A DNA stretch of 64,000 nt from Lama guanicoe (taxonomy: Eukaryota). Shown here piece by piece: positions 25,670-38,154 of the stretch (position 1 is its first letter; each line of letters starts with the position of its first letter). The stretch lies in NCBI GenBank assembly GCA_013239625.1, contig MU053934.1:7523352-7587351 (forward strand), written 5' to 3'. A program made the translations under genes and the position numbers. The notes below the pieces were generated by a model. It made no database searches, was not told the DNA's origin, and worked only from the letters and a program-made list of their open reading frames with translations.

Positions 25670-25950
25670 TATTTTTAACGATTCTATTTATATGAAGTCT
25701 CCATAAAAGGAAAAACTCTTGAGACAGAAAGTAGATTAGTGGTTTCTTGGGCCGGTGGGGGGGGGGTGCTGCGGAGTGATGGCTAAGGGGTACAGGCTTT
25801 CTTTTTAGAGTAAAGAAAAGGTTCTAAAATTGATTGTGGTGATGCATACACAGCTCTGTAAATATACTAAAAGGCACTGAATTGTAAACTGTAAGTAGGT
25901 GAATTTTATAGTATGTGAATTATATCTCAATAAAGCTGTTTAAAAATTTT
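25670..25950 (+). mobile_element. L1M 3' UTR fragment
   Basis: GACAGAAAGTAGATTAGTGGTT...GTTCTAAAATTGATTGTGGTGATG...GTATGTGAATTATATCTCAATAAAGCTGTT. Confidence 0.8.
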
Positions 25951-27493
25951 TTTCAGTGACTGCTGAATCCACTGTGCTGGTGAGTCTCTGGGGCTCTCCG
26001 GGTGCAGGGAAACCACAAGGATGCTCACTCTGAACTGGCCCCAAATGCTACCTGCCCAGTGCAGACTCACTGTAGGCTTTGTGGCTCCCAAGTACCAGGT
26101 GCGACTTGCCTACCAAACCCAAAGGACCAATTACTCCCTTTGTTCCTCAGGAACACCCTGGACCCTTCACTGGGGGTTGTTCCCAGGCTCCGACATCAGG
26201 CCTGCTGGGTACCAAAGCAACCTGGTTTGCTGGGTCAGAATGAGAGCTGACCCATCAGAGTGTTCAAGACGGAAATGAGGAGGGGCCCCAGGGGGCTGCC
26301 AGCCCAGAGTTGAGGCTCTTACTGCTCCCCAACCAATGACAGGCATGGCCATTCTCCCATTCCCTCAGCGAAAGGCAGGGGAGAAGCCCTGGGCCCCCAG
26401 ACTGCAGGCTCCAGGGGGCTGCTCTATAGCCCAGCCCTGTGAGCACAACAGGAGGGCAGTCGGAGATGTAGTTGCCTGAGAGCCTGAGCTGCTTGGAGCG
26501 GGTGAGCTGGGGTTCTAGAGCTCTGACGCACCCCTGGATTTGATAAAGGGGTGACCGAGCCCAGAGAGGGGAACTGCGGAGCTAATCTTAGCAGCAGGTT
26601 GGGGCTGACTGCACCTTGAAGGAAGACTCCCAGCTCAGGCGTCCTCCCCTGCCCTCACAGGCTGCCCTGGGAGCGCCAGCAGCAGCAGGGCCGGGGTTGC
26701 CCTGGTGCAGTCTGATTTCATTCCCTTTCTCTCCGGGTCCCAGGGGAGTCTCTCTCTAGTGATGACAACAGTAACAGCAGGGGCAGTCCCCACCAGGCAC
26801 CTTGTCAGAGCAGGCGGCTCAGCCCGCAGTACAGGCTAGGTTGGGAGGGCCAAACTTCCCTCATCGTGGAAACAGAGACCGGGGCCCAGAGAGCTTAAGG
26901 ACTTGGACAAGATCACCCAGCTAGTAAGTGGCACAGCCAAAACTGGAATCCAGGCAGGCTCCTTCCAGACTACCATCCTAACCCCGACAGTCCTCTGGAG
27001 AATTCATCACATCTCAGGGAATGAGGGGGCCAGGGCCCGCAGTCCTCACTGAGGACCAAGCCACCTCCCTGACTTCTTCCTTCTATGTCAGCACCTTCCC
27101 TGTCCTGGCCCCTTGCCCTCAGCCCAGACCCCGGCCACAAAGAGCTGCCAGCCCAGGTCTGCCTGTGGGGCTGTCAGTGGGAAGGGACAGGTCCTGAAGA
27201 ATGAGCTGCCCACTGCTGAGGTCCAGGGTGCCTGGGCTCTCCTGGCCCAGCCCTGAACTTTACAGTCAGCACATGAAGGCCCAAGAGGTCCACAGACCTG
27301 CCCAAGGTCACACAGGCTGGCACCCAGGTCTCCGTGGACCCACACCCAGCTCTGTTCCCCTCGACTCAAGAGGCAGAAGGCCCGGACCGAAGGCAGGGGA
27401 TCTCTGGGAGAGAGGAGTGCAACTTGGAGCCTGCAGAGGGAGTGGGGGGTGTCCAGTCCAGCAGCCGTTATTAACCAGCCAGAAGTCCAAGCT

Positions 27494-27559
27494 GGCCAGC
27501 TGGGGTTTTAAACACTCTCCTCCCAGGCCAGCTGGGGTTTTAAACGCTCTCCTCCCAGG
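27494..27559. repeat. 32-bp tandem duplication
   Basis: GGCCAGCTGGGGTTTTAAAC(A/G)CTCTCCTCCCA twice, one mismatch. Confidence 0.9.
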
Positions 27560-30500
27560 GGCTGCAGCCCTGGCCCATCTGGAAGACCCCCTCCAAGTAT
27601 CCTCCGAGACCCCCTGACCTTGCCGGCACACACAAGCCCTCTGGCCCTTTGTCTCAAGGCCTTTGGGGAAGGCCGCCGTCCACTTCAGTAGCATTCAAAG
27701 GCCAACAGGCCCATGGTTTATTTTCTTAGAAATAATGGTTTTTTTCTGGTTAGCATTCCTCCGATGGAAAAACAAATACAGCCACTGTAATAAGAAGCGG
27801 CCAAGAGGCGGCCAGAGGGCCTGGAAGAAGGGGCAGAGGGAGGCCTGCTGCCCGGGGAGCTTGGAGATATGGAGGTGGGGGTGGGGGCAGAGGCCCTCCA
27901 ACCCTGGGAGAAATGGGGATTTAGAGAAAAAAGAAAGCTCAACATGCAGGCACCGTGTCTTCAACACACTCTCATGTATGGCGAGGCGGCCTTCCCTCCC
28001 CCAGACTCCACTCAGATGCACACTCTGTGAGGCAGGTACCCCTGCTCCCATTGGATGGCTAAGGAGCCAGGTGCCTCCGGAAGGTTAAGTCACTTGCTGG
28101 ACTTACCAAGTCGGCAAAGACAAAAACGGGCCTCTGCATCCTTGCTGCAGATGGTTCCATGGACCCTCAGAGCTGGAAGAGACCTGCACTGCTTTCCTAA
28201 CTTGGCCGGGATGATGACTTCTCCAGGGAGCCCTCCCAGACTTCTCCCTCTCTGGGCAGAGACGCACGCTCTCTCTTCCTCATGCCCGCTGAGTCTGGTC
28301 TGTATATCTATGGCTGTACTTTCCACATCCTGTTATGATTGTGTCTCTCCCAGGCTGTCTCTCCCCTCACCAGTGAGGTCAGGAAAGCATGCCTTGGCCC
28401 GGGCACCAAGCTTGGCACAGAGTAGGTGCTCAGCGAACATTCTTAATGCTAAACTGAATCTAGTCCAGTGGACACATTTTACACACGGGCAAACTGAGGT
28501 TCAGGGAGTGAACTTGCCTCCAATGCTTAGATGCCAACCGTGTGAGCTCTTAATTTTTCTTTCCAGAAACGGACATGGGCTCCAAGAAGCCTAAACTCTG
28601 CAGCAGATCTGAGACCAGTTGTAAGCAACGCTGCCTAATTGCTAGCTGACAGCAACTTGGAATTTTAAGTCACATCCAATTTCTTCCTGCCTCTGGTCTG
28701 CTGGACGCAAGCGCCTTCATCCTCAGCAGGGCACACGTTAGCATGCATAATTGCACGTTTTAAGACCTGAAGAAGTTCCCCTCCTCCCCACTCCCAGCCC
28801 ACCTCCTACTGCCTTTCTTGGCCTCCCCAAAAGCAGAATTTTATCTGGAGTTTCAATAAAGTGTGCAATAATGATGATGAAAATGATTTAAAAAGGTCAT
28901 AGACATTATTCCCTCCGAAGGCCAACTGGTTTTAAGATTTTTTTCCTGATGTTGAACTAAATGGATCACTGGGTGTGTCAGTAGGAGTTTTGTTAAAATG
29001 CTTAATAGCATGCCCTGTAATCTACCTGACTTCAGTGACTGACAAGTAGACCCCGGGGATATGAAATTCAGGAAGTGACTATTTACATTCATTACGTACA
29101 TGCTAATTTTGTGATCTTTGATGCCCATAAGGTTGTCATTTTTTTCCTTTTCACAAGAAAGGGAAAATAGTAATATATTTGATATACTGTGGCCAAAACA
29201 AAATGTTATTTCCCCCAAGAGTTTTAATTATAACATTTTGGAAAAGGCCCGAGTTGGAACTTGCAAGTGGAATAAACCACTTGAATAAATGGTCGAAAAA
29301 ATTAAGTACACATAGAAGGGGTGATGTGCACTGCTGGTTCAGACTAAACAGTGATTATCAAGAGGGTCTTAGTTATTTAAACAAGCCATTTGAGGGTGGT
29401 TTGCTCCTCGTTTGGGGCCTGGTCTTGATTATAAACAAGAGCTTTTAATTAAGATTAGTAAGGCCCAATTCAAGCTATAATTTGGTCCTTTTCCTTAGCA
29501 AATGTCTATGAAAACAAAGCAATTAAGGTTAAATGAGTTGAAGCATTTACAGGGCTAAAATGCCCCCTCCTCACCCCCCACCTGCCCCCTCGGCAGAAAG
29601 AGCACAAACAGGCCCGACTAAGCCAGAGCAGGAGGCCAGCGCAGGGCTGGCTGGGCGATGTGCCGCGAGCCCCCTGCATTCCCAGGGCCTGGCTCAGGAT
29701 GAGCTGATGGCAGGAGGGGAAATGTGAGAGGGTCTCTGTAGCCCCCTCTAACGCACAGCTAGGGAACTCCTCCCACTGCATTCAGACAGGCTGCTGGGGA
29801 CCTGGCCAGCTGCTGGGACCCCGTGGCTGACGGGGGTTGGTGTCTAGCCCCGCTGCCTCTCATCCGAGTGGCCTGGCTAGAGACTGACCTCCTGGTCGCT
29901 TCAGGTGCTGGGTTTGCTAAAGGGTTTTCCTCAACCAGCAGAAGTTTCCAGGCAACACAGTTAAAGGTGTAAGGGGCTCCGTCAGCTCCACATGGTGGGG
30001 GGGGGTCATAGGAAACTTCTTCCTGTGGAGAACTGGGGACACTCTAGAAGCCGTGTCTCTGGGCATGCTTTGCTGAGAATCTGTCCTCTGTGTTTACCAT
30101 GGTAAGCAGCAAAGACTATCAGATCTCTGCAACAAGGTAACTCATTTCCCCCAAAACTCCAACCCCAAACTCTGCAAAATCCCACACGAGCTCAGGACCT
30201 CCAGATAAAAGCGGCCCAGGGAGGGAAAACAGGTTTAATCCCAAGTAAATATGGCTGTCTGGAGGGTGCAGTGGTTGATTCTTGATGTCTGCTGTGGGAG
30301 AAGGTGGCAGCATACTATTTGCCATCCCTGGAGTAGGTTTAGTAGAACAAAGGAAAGCCTTTTGTCACTTGTATTTTTTATTGCACGTGCTTGGTAAATG
30401 GTCATCTGTGAACAGCACACATGTCTGTATGTCTGTGGGGACATGGGTATATGCATGTGGTTTATCTGAATAGTCAATGAACCAGAATACCCCGTTTCCC

Positions 30501-30576
30501 AGCTGTTTTAGTTTCTGGGAGTTATGGGAAAAAGACAACGCTTCACCCCTTTTCACATATTGGACGACGCTGCGAT

Positions 30577-30720
30577 CATCACCATAACATCATGATGATC
30601 ACCACTGACCTCCTCATCCTCATCGTCAGTATCACTGTCATCATCAGCAGCGTCACTGTCAACGTCGCCGTCACCGTCAGTACCATCATCACCACCATCA
30701 TCCTCACAGTAACAGCAGCC
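30577..30720. repeat. Degenerate (CAT/CAC/CGT)n trinucleotide tract
   Basis: ATCACCATAACATCATG...CATCATCACCACCATCATCC. Confidence 0.8.
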
Positions 30721-30935
30721 AATGCGGATATAGTGTGTCCTACGTGCCAGGCTATGTTCAAATGATGTATATGCATCAATTCATTTAATTCTCACACTAT
30801 CTCAATGAGGTAGGACTATTGTCATTTCTATTTTACAGATGAACAGATGGAGGTCAAGTAACTTGTCCAGGCTACACAGGCAGGATTTGAACCCAAGCAG
30901 CCTTGTTCCAAAGTCCAGGCTTTAACCACTATGCT
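30720..30935. mobile_element. MIR SINE
   Basis: TCATTTAATTCTCACA...ATTTTACAGATGA...AAGTAACTTGTCCAGG...GGATTTGAACCCA. Confidence 0.75.
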
Positions 30936-31038
30936 CAACCGAATATGACCATTCATTCCCTCGTCTCAGAACAGAGGGCCACAGACAGCAACAACTGCTT
31001 GCAGAAAGGCACTGTGAAGCAATGGACCCGCCAAACTC

Positions 31039-31091
31039 AGGCCCCAGTCCCAACTCAGGCAAGGCCCCAGTCCCAACTCAGGCAAGGCCCC
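31039..31091. repeat. 23-bp tandem repeat (about 2.3 copies)
   Basis: AGGCCCCAGTCCCAACTCAGGCA repeated perfectly. Confidence 0.9.
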
Positions 31092-32386
31092 TGCCTTCTC
31101 AGGCCTCCCTTTCCCGCCCTGTGAACCAAGAAGTGAACACCTGGATGTTCTCCAAGCTCCCCAGGTCACCAGTGCACAGGGCCTGCCAGCCCCTCCAGAT
31201 TTCAAAACCTCCAGAAGTCTCTGCATGGTCCTTCTGAGGAACCCAGGGGGAATCTGATGAACACTCCAGCAGGCTCCGTGGTTCTGAGTGATGACCGTAG
31301 GTGGGTCCCCAGGGATGAGAAAGCCTCAGCACAAGGGGGAGAGCATCCACTCAGGTGCCCTGAACCCACAGCAGCACTCGGAATGTTTATGGAGCAAGCG
31401 CCCAAACAGCATCCTCCTCTTGGTTCCTGACAGCCATTCTCCCTGCCGTTAACGTGGCAGCGCAGCTCGCTTACCATCCGTGTGAGCCTCACTTGTTCGT
31501 TAAGAATTTCTACCAATGTGCAGTCTCAGTTCATGCAGCCCAATTGGACTATAAGCTCCCTTAGGGGAGGGGCCAGGCTGCACCCTATCACCTCTGAGGT
31601 CTGTAGTGCTAAGCAGTGTTCAAAGGTCTCCACGGTGTCATCTGAGCCTAAAACCACTGTGAGAGGTAGTGAGAAGAGGTGCTGATGACAACGACAGTGC
31701 GGGTAATGGCGGGTATGTTATGCATGCACCGTATAGAGTGTGAGCCAGACCCCGAGGCTGGCAGGCCCCCTGTACACTATATTGCATTTCATCGATCAGG
31801 GCTGCCTGTAGTGGCGGGTATTTGGCGTCCATCTAATGAAAGGAGACACTGAAGCTCAGGAGGACAAATGACCACCCAAACTTTCACACTGAGGTGGGCT
31901 GCAACCCAGGGCTCCCATCCCTGCATTTCTCTCTCATTAGACAGGGTGGAAATGACACCCTGGCAAGAACAGGCCCTCCTGGGGACCCGGCGCGCCACAC
32001 TTCCCATGCAGCCCTCACACTCCTCTACAGGTGTCTCAGAAGCCGCTCATCCTGTGTGAACTCCAGTCTGGGCAAAAGAGAGCCAAACTCAGAACAAACA
32101 TGTCCTGCACACCCATGCTAGTGCCAGGCTCTGCCCCAGGAGCTGCGGACACACGGACAAACGTGAAACGCTCTCTGTAACTGAGGAACTCGCTGTGAGG
32201 TCCCTTCGGGCAGAGGCCGAGTTTGACAGCTTCAGTGTGGCGGCCCCACGGCTGAGCACATGGCAGACCCTCCAATAAATGAGATCACAGTTCAGTGGGG
32301 GATCAAGACACATAATCCAGAATCAGAGCGCTCTGATGGAAAGCAGCCTAGGGGCTTCTGGGAGCAAGGTAGGTATTTAACGCAGC

Positions 32387-32452
32387 TGTGTGTGTGTGCG
32401 CGTGCGTGCGTGTGTGTATACACATATACACACACGCACGCACATGTGTATA
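32387..32452. repeat. Compound (TG)/(CG)/(CA) microsatellite
   Basis: 66 bp of uninterrupted pyrimidine-purine alternation. Confidence 0.9.
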
Positions 32453-34273
32453 ATTGTGTGGAAGTGGTGGTATTGGAGAAGGCTTCCCGGAAGAGGCAAA
32501 TCTAAAGCATGATTAGGAATTAGGACACAAAGGGAGGGAAAGGAGCTCCAGGCAGGGGGCAAACCTGAGCTGGGTCTCAGAAGCATGGAATGACCTGGTG
32601 AGTGTATGTGTAAGCATGGTGTTTGTATGAGGCCGAGCCGGGCTGGAGAGACAGGGGGCCCCCTGGCAGTTCCTGAAGCACATTCACAAGCCTCATCCTC
32701 TTTTATTGTCGTACTGAGGCTATCAGGTCTCCGAAGCCAGTGAGTGTGACTCCCAACCTGGGCTCAAGCAGAGTGGAAAGCTAAAGCCAGACTCTGAAGG
32801 ACTTCAGGGCAACAAGGAGGTCACAAAGCCTGGGTCTCCTGGGCAGGGGACAGTGGGAAGGCACCTATGGAGCTGGGCAAGGGGAGGAACAGGCTGCGTC
32901 AGTGGCTCAAATCAGCAGGGATGGGGGTCACCCTGGGCCTTCCCCTGCCAGAGCACTGGGCCTGGAGGGCAGAGCAGAAGGTCAGAAAACGGTTGCACAG
33001 AGCCTCACATGTGTCAGCTGGAACCCCCAAGCTAATGTCCAGGACCTGCCAGCGGCTGGCCTGGCCTGTGCCACCAGGCTTCTTGCTCACGGCCGGGTCT
33101 GCCTCCAGCCTGGCCTCCTTCCAGAGGTCTGTGAGTAGGCGCCAGCTCCCCTCTCAGGCTTCTTCCCCCAGCAAGGCCAGGGAGGCACGATCCAGGGTAA
33201 TGTCATCTGTCCAGCACTTGGCCTTAAGGAGACGCCCAACAATGTCAGCATCTCACGGGGGCAGAGCTGTATGTCACACACAACCGAGCTCCCATGAAGC
33301 CTTATACAGCCTTACACCTTGTTCTCCTGTGTCATTTTTCTAACACAAATCTCACACTGTGAAAAAGTAAGCTGGCAGGGCTCAAGGAGAAGATAGAGAG
33401 CCGTGGGTGGGAATTAGGAGACTTGCGGTTCAGTCCGGCCATGCCACTGTGAAACATGGGGACCTTGCAGAAGATGTGTCTCCACACTGAGCCTCAGTTA
33501 TCCTCATCTGTGAAGTAGGGACAGATGGGGAAGATCTGGGTCTTGATTCTCATCAGTCATGGAGAGAGCTGTTTCTAGCCCTCTGATGCTGGGCCCTGCC
33601 CCATGGAGGCAGAATGACTACACAGACTCTCCTGAACAAATGCTCCCGAAGTTTCCATCCAGCTTGGAAAGTCCTGGCTCCAAAGACAGCTGAGGCTGCT
33701 CTTGTCTCTCTGACTCTCAGCCTGCCAGGGAGGTGGTTTCTAGGGCCACACAGCAGCACCCTAGGTGCAGGGAAGGAAGGCTGGACAGAGAGACGGACAG
33801 CACAGACCCACCAGTCTTGGCCCAAGTTCTCATCCTTGAGACAGGAGCCCTGAGCCAGCCCACAGAAGTAGCTGTTACTGAGCCGCTCCCTCAGGGAAGC
33901 TACACAGGGTACATAGAGTTATTTCGGATTTGAAATTATGGACCGTGGGGGTCACCCCAAGCATTTACCCCATACACATCCAGTCAGGGACAGATGGACA
34001 AATAAATCATTAATGCTTCATCTCAATTTCTTTTTAAAAACCCCAAAAGTTTCAAATCCAGGGAGAGTTAGACACCCCAGGCCTCCCAATACCACCCTCC
34101 AGAGAAGTAGCCAGGTTCCCGGGAAGCCCGCAGCCTCCCTCCCAAGGCTGAGAGAGGCCTGTGCTGTGGTTCTGCATGGGGGCGAGCCCTGGAGACGCAG
34201 CGTCTGCCACAGCTAAGGCCAAGGCCGTGGGTGGCGGCCTTGGGGTCTGGCAGGAGGGCTGGGCTGGGCTCAC

Positions 34274-34405
34274 CTTCACACTGCCTGCCTTCCCCCTTGT
34301 AGCCTGGCTTGCAGAGGCATTTGTAGGACTTGGGCGTGTTCTGGCAGATGGCATCTATGTGGCAGTCATCTGTGCCCTCCGAGCACTCGTCCACGTCAAC
34401 TGCCC
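34274..34405 (-). CDS. SCUBE1: SCUBE1 exon 2 (132 nt; Ca-binding EGF-like repeat 1, [43 protein letters not shown])
   Basis: Six-cysteine EGF-Ca pattern (DVDEC...). Acceptor AACAG|GG and donor GAAG|GTGAGC, phase 1-1. Confidence 0.97.
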
Positions 34406-35213
34406 CTGTTGGGGGAGAAATGGCGAGTGAGGTGTGGCCTGGGAAGCAGGCAGCCCTAGCGCCCTCCCACTGATCACTGGGGGAATTAACAGTCACAGCC
34501 GTCACAGGATGCCTAGGTGTGACGAGCAGTGACTCGTGGCGTCTCTGGGGCAACTACTCTGCCAGGCACAGCGCTACCAAAATGCTGGTCTCATTTCTTT
34601 TCACAATAATTCCATTAAGTAGAGCTATCATTCCCACTAAAAAGATGAGAAAACGGAGGCTTAGGAAGACAGCGAGTAGCCTCTCTCATGTGGTCATGCT
34701 CTCCCCACAAGCATTGCTCCAACCCTCCCTACTCTCCTTATTCTAGAATGTAGAGCCAGAAGGCTCCGTGGAGTATTTTTAAATCCACCCCTTTTGGGTT
34801 ACAGCTGGGGAAACAGAGGCTGGCATGGAACAGGGAGCAGAGGCCAAGCCAGCAGGCCCATGCAGGAGATCGGAGCTTGGGCCCCAGCCAGCCCCTAGAC
34901 TATGGAAGGAAAGGATTCTTCCTCCAGCTTCCACGTCACCAGACTGGAGAGGCCCAGCAATGGACTCAGTGGGGCTAACTTAGTTCATGGGTGGTTCTGA
35001 TCTCCCTGTCCCCTCTCCTCCCCACCTCGGAAATCTAGGTTTGAACCTGGTTCTCATATTCTGACGTCCAAACTCAAGTGAAGTTTAGGTTGTGAGGGCT
35101 CCTGGCAACTCCCCGCCTCCTGCCCTCACAAAGGGCATATACACCTGCATTTGGAACATCTGTCAGGTAAATAATGTAAAACAGATTCTATGTATCTGTA
35201 TATACACCCCAAG

Positions 35214-35249
<36 letters not shown>

Positions 35250-35801
35250 CTCAGACATGGGGAGGACCCTCAGAGCACAGAAGAACCTTAGCTGTAATCT
35301 AGGTTAATTCCTCAGGCTACAAATGAGGAAACTGAGGCCCAGAGAAGTCTGTTGAAAGTCAGTAACTCACTGGGGGCAGAGACTGGACTCCTCTGACCCA
35401 GGATAAGTAGGTCCAGAGCTTTTCTACACGCCATGTTACTTTCCAGGCAGCTTTGCATAAAGTACCAATGGATGGCAGACAGACATAAGGACCCAGAAGG
35501 GCAGCATAGGGAACCCTGAGTGCAGTAACCCAGAGGCCAGCCTGGGGAAGTCCTGGAATGTCTCCTCTCTTCCTGCCTCCAGCTTCATCGTAGCCTGTCT
35601 GGCCATCAAGAATGTCCACCCTGAATTACTCTTCTGGCTGGCTTCCAGGTTCTAAATCTGCATGGGGGTGCTTCTCTAAGAGAACTGCTCCCCACCATCC
35701 CGAGGACTCTTCCTCTGTTGCCCTAGTCCCCAAGGCTGCAGCCTGACCCTAAAGGATGAATGGCAGCAAAAAGAAACACAACAGAATCACCTCCATGCAT
35801 G

Positions 35802-35853
35802 CACACACACAGAGACACACACACACACACACACACACACAGCACACACACAC
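35802..35853. repeat. (CA)n microsatellite (others at about 4621-4640, 20677-20700, 22714-22744, 35218-35246, 39410-39580)
   Basis: Dinucleotide runs seen directly. Confidence 0.9.
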
Positions 35854-37149
35854 AGAGCAGGTGGTTGTATCTGCTCAGGTCAGCAGCCCATCCTCTACAG
35901 CTGCCCAAAGGAAGATGGAACAGTGGCCAGGAGGCAGTGAGTGTAGGAAACTAGAGCCAGCCATTAGATGGCCAGGGGCCAGCAGAACATCTCCTTCTGG
36001 AGAAGTGACCACAGAGGGACTCAGGAGAGGAGTGGCATAGCCTCAAGGGCCATAGGCCAGAGACCAGAGAGGGCCAGTCTGCACTTTCCAGGGGAGAGGA
36101 CTGGGGCCACTTCTAAGGCAGGACCAGCAGGGGCAATGGGCTGCGGCACAGATACAGCTCTCCCAATACCCAAGGGTCAGTGCACAGGAAGGAGGGAGGG
36201 AAACTGACTGGGGCTCTGGAGCACCCCCTACCCCCAATCTCATACCTAGGTAGGGATGGAAATGTATGGATGGTAGCCAAGGGGCAGTGGAGGCACCTCC
36301 CAACACACCTTTTATACCTATCTTCAGGTGGGGGCTGGGAAGAGGGCAGGCAAGTTCAAGGAGAGAGGGAGAGGAATCATGGGGCACGGGCTCCTGCAGG
36401 TTCCCTGGCCACACTTATGGCCTGGCTGCGGACTCTTTCCCCGGGGCAGCCAGCCCAGCCCTCCCAATAGGTGGTTGCTTTGACATTAGTTTGTTTCACA
36501 GCACACGGCTTCCATGCGGTGGGGACAGGGAGTGCAGACAGACACAGAGGAGAGACCGAGAAGGGGAGACAGGCACATAAGGAACAGTCAAACGGGGGTG
36601 AAGGACCTCAAAGCCCAGAAGAGACACCCACAGACACGTGGGGGTGTGGCAGTAGGGACAGCTTCCCTGGTGGCCACCTGAAAAACAGCTCAGCTCCAAC
36701 TGTGGAATGTTTAAATGGCCCGGCATCCTCACTCAGGGTGTGACTCCCAGAAATAGACTTCCTGCTGCCAAACACAGACCTCAGGGAGCCCTGCACAGCA
36801 GCCAGGGAGAACATAGCAGGGTCTCTCCCCACCAAGGACAGAAAGGAAGGAAGCTCTTCCCAGGGACGTGGGAGGAGAGCATGTGTCTTCAGCTTTGTGG
36901 AAGAGCCCCTTCCAGACAACCAAGAGAGCAGGAGGGGAAGCCGGGGTGGAGTGCCAGGAGTCTCTGTGAGATCCATGGGGCACCCCCACCTCGCCTCTGC
37001 TGCCTGCCCCAACCATGCCTGATGCTCGACGCCTGTTCCCTCCTCCAGTCTCTGGCCTCTCTCTCCTGCCCCTTCACGATGTCCCATGTTTGGTCTCCCC
37101 TTCCTCTGGTTCCTATCCATTTCCTTTCGCCTGTGTCTGTCGGTCAGTC

Positions 37150-37610
37150 CTCCCCCTCCTATCTGTCAATCTGCCCACGGCTTTCCAGCCATCTCCATCC
37201 TTCTCTCTTTCCCTCCGTCTGTCTCCCTCCCTTCTCCTCCTCAGTCCTCCCATCTCTTTCTCTGGTGTCCCCCTGCCTGTACCTCCCCTCTTCTCCTTTC
37301 CCCTTCCTTAGTCCTGCCCTCACATCTCCCTCTTTTGATCTTTTCCCTTCCTGCAGCTCATCTGCCTCCTTTTTACTCCCTTGGGTTCCCTCCTTCCCCT
37401 CTTCAGTCTTTCTGGTCTGTACTCTTCCAGTCTGTCTTTCTCTGGGTTTTTCCCTGTGTCCTTTTGTGTGCCTCCTTTTCTGTCCATCTGTCTCTCCATC
37501 TACCACCTCCCTCTTCTCTTTCTATCCCTGTCCTTTTCCCCCTTGCTCACCTCTTCTGGGTCTCCCCTTTGAGCCTCCTTCCGCCCGTGCTCCCTTTTTC
37601 CCTGGGGGAG
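37150..37610. repeat. Polypyrimidine (C/T-rich) low-complexity tract in intron 1
   Basis: Plus strand is almost entirely C/T for about 450 bp. Confidence 0.85.
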
Positions 37611-37961
37611 CGCCCGTTGGCTCGAGGGTCCCCACCCTCTCGCCGGGTCGGCAGGGGGTGGGGGATGCCCTCGGGCACGCCGTCGCGCCTTCTTTCTTCC
37701 TCGCGCCCTCACGCTCCCCTTCACCCGGGGCCTCAGCCCACCCCTCCCCTGCTACGGCACCGCGGGGCTCGGGGAGCCCCGGGCCGCCAGGGCTGCGGGG
37801 TGGGGGCGCCCTGCGCGGGCCCCAGAAGTTACTTTGCAAAGAGGTGGGGCGGCGCGCAGGGCCGCGCGGGCTGAGGCCCTCCAGACGACGCGGGGCTGTG
37901 GCCCCTCCCCGGACCCTGCCGCTGCCGCCCGCCGCCCGCCGCCCACCGGGCCGAGGCTTAC

Positions 37962-38049
37962 CTGGGAGCCCGCTGCCCCCCGCCAGCCGCCCGCGCGCGC
38001 CCAGGGCGAGCAGCACACACAAGTGCCAGCGCACGGCCGCCGTGCCCAT
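37962..38049 (-). CDS. SCUBE1: SCUBE1 coding exon 1 (88 nt; signal peptide [30 protein letters not shown])
   Basis: ATG at 38049-38047 in strong Kozak context (GCGAGCATGG). Translation matches the SCUBE1 N-terminus as I recall it. Donor CCAG|GTAAGC at 37962/37961, phase 1, in frame with exon 2. Confidence 0.95.
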
Positions 38050-38154
38050 GCTCGCTGCGGGCCGGGCCGGGACGGGCGCCCAGGGCCAGCAGCACACACA
38101 AGTGCCAGCGCACGGCCGCCGTGCCCATGCTCGCTGCGGGCCGGGCCGGGCCGG
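37997..38154. repeat. 79-bp tandem duplication spanning the SCUBE1 start codon
   Basis: 37997-38075 vs 38076-38154 match at 77/79 positions. Each copy has a minus-strand ATG (38049 and 38128). Confidence 0.95.

Noticed and set aside
30579..30779. Hydrophobic M/V/T-rich ORF resembling a membrane peptide
   Set aside because: It is the translation of a degenerate trinucleotide repeat and adjacent MIR.
34406..34553. N-terminal extension of the exon 2 ORF (MPQRRHES...)
   Set aside because: It is intronic read-through upstream of a canonical acceptor at 34406/34405, with no evidence of an alternative start.
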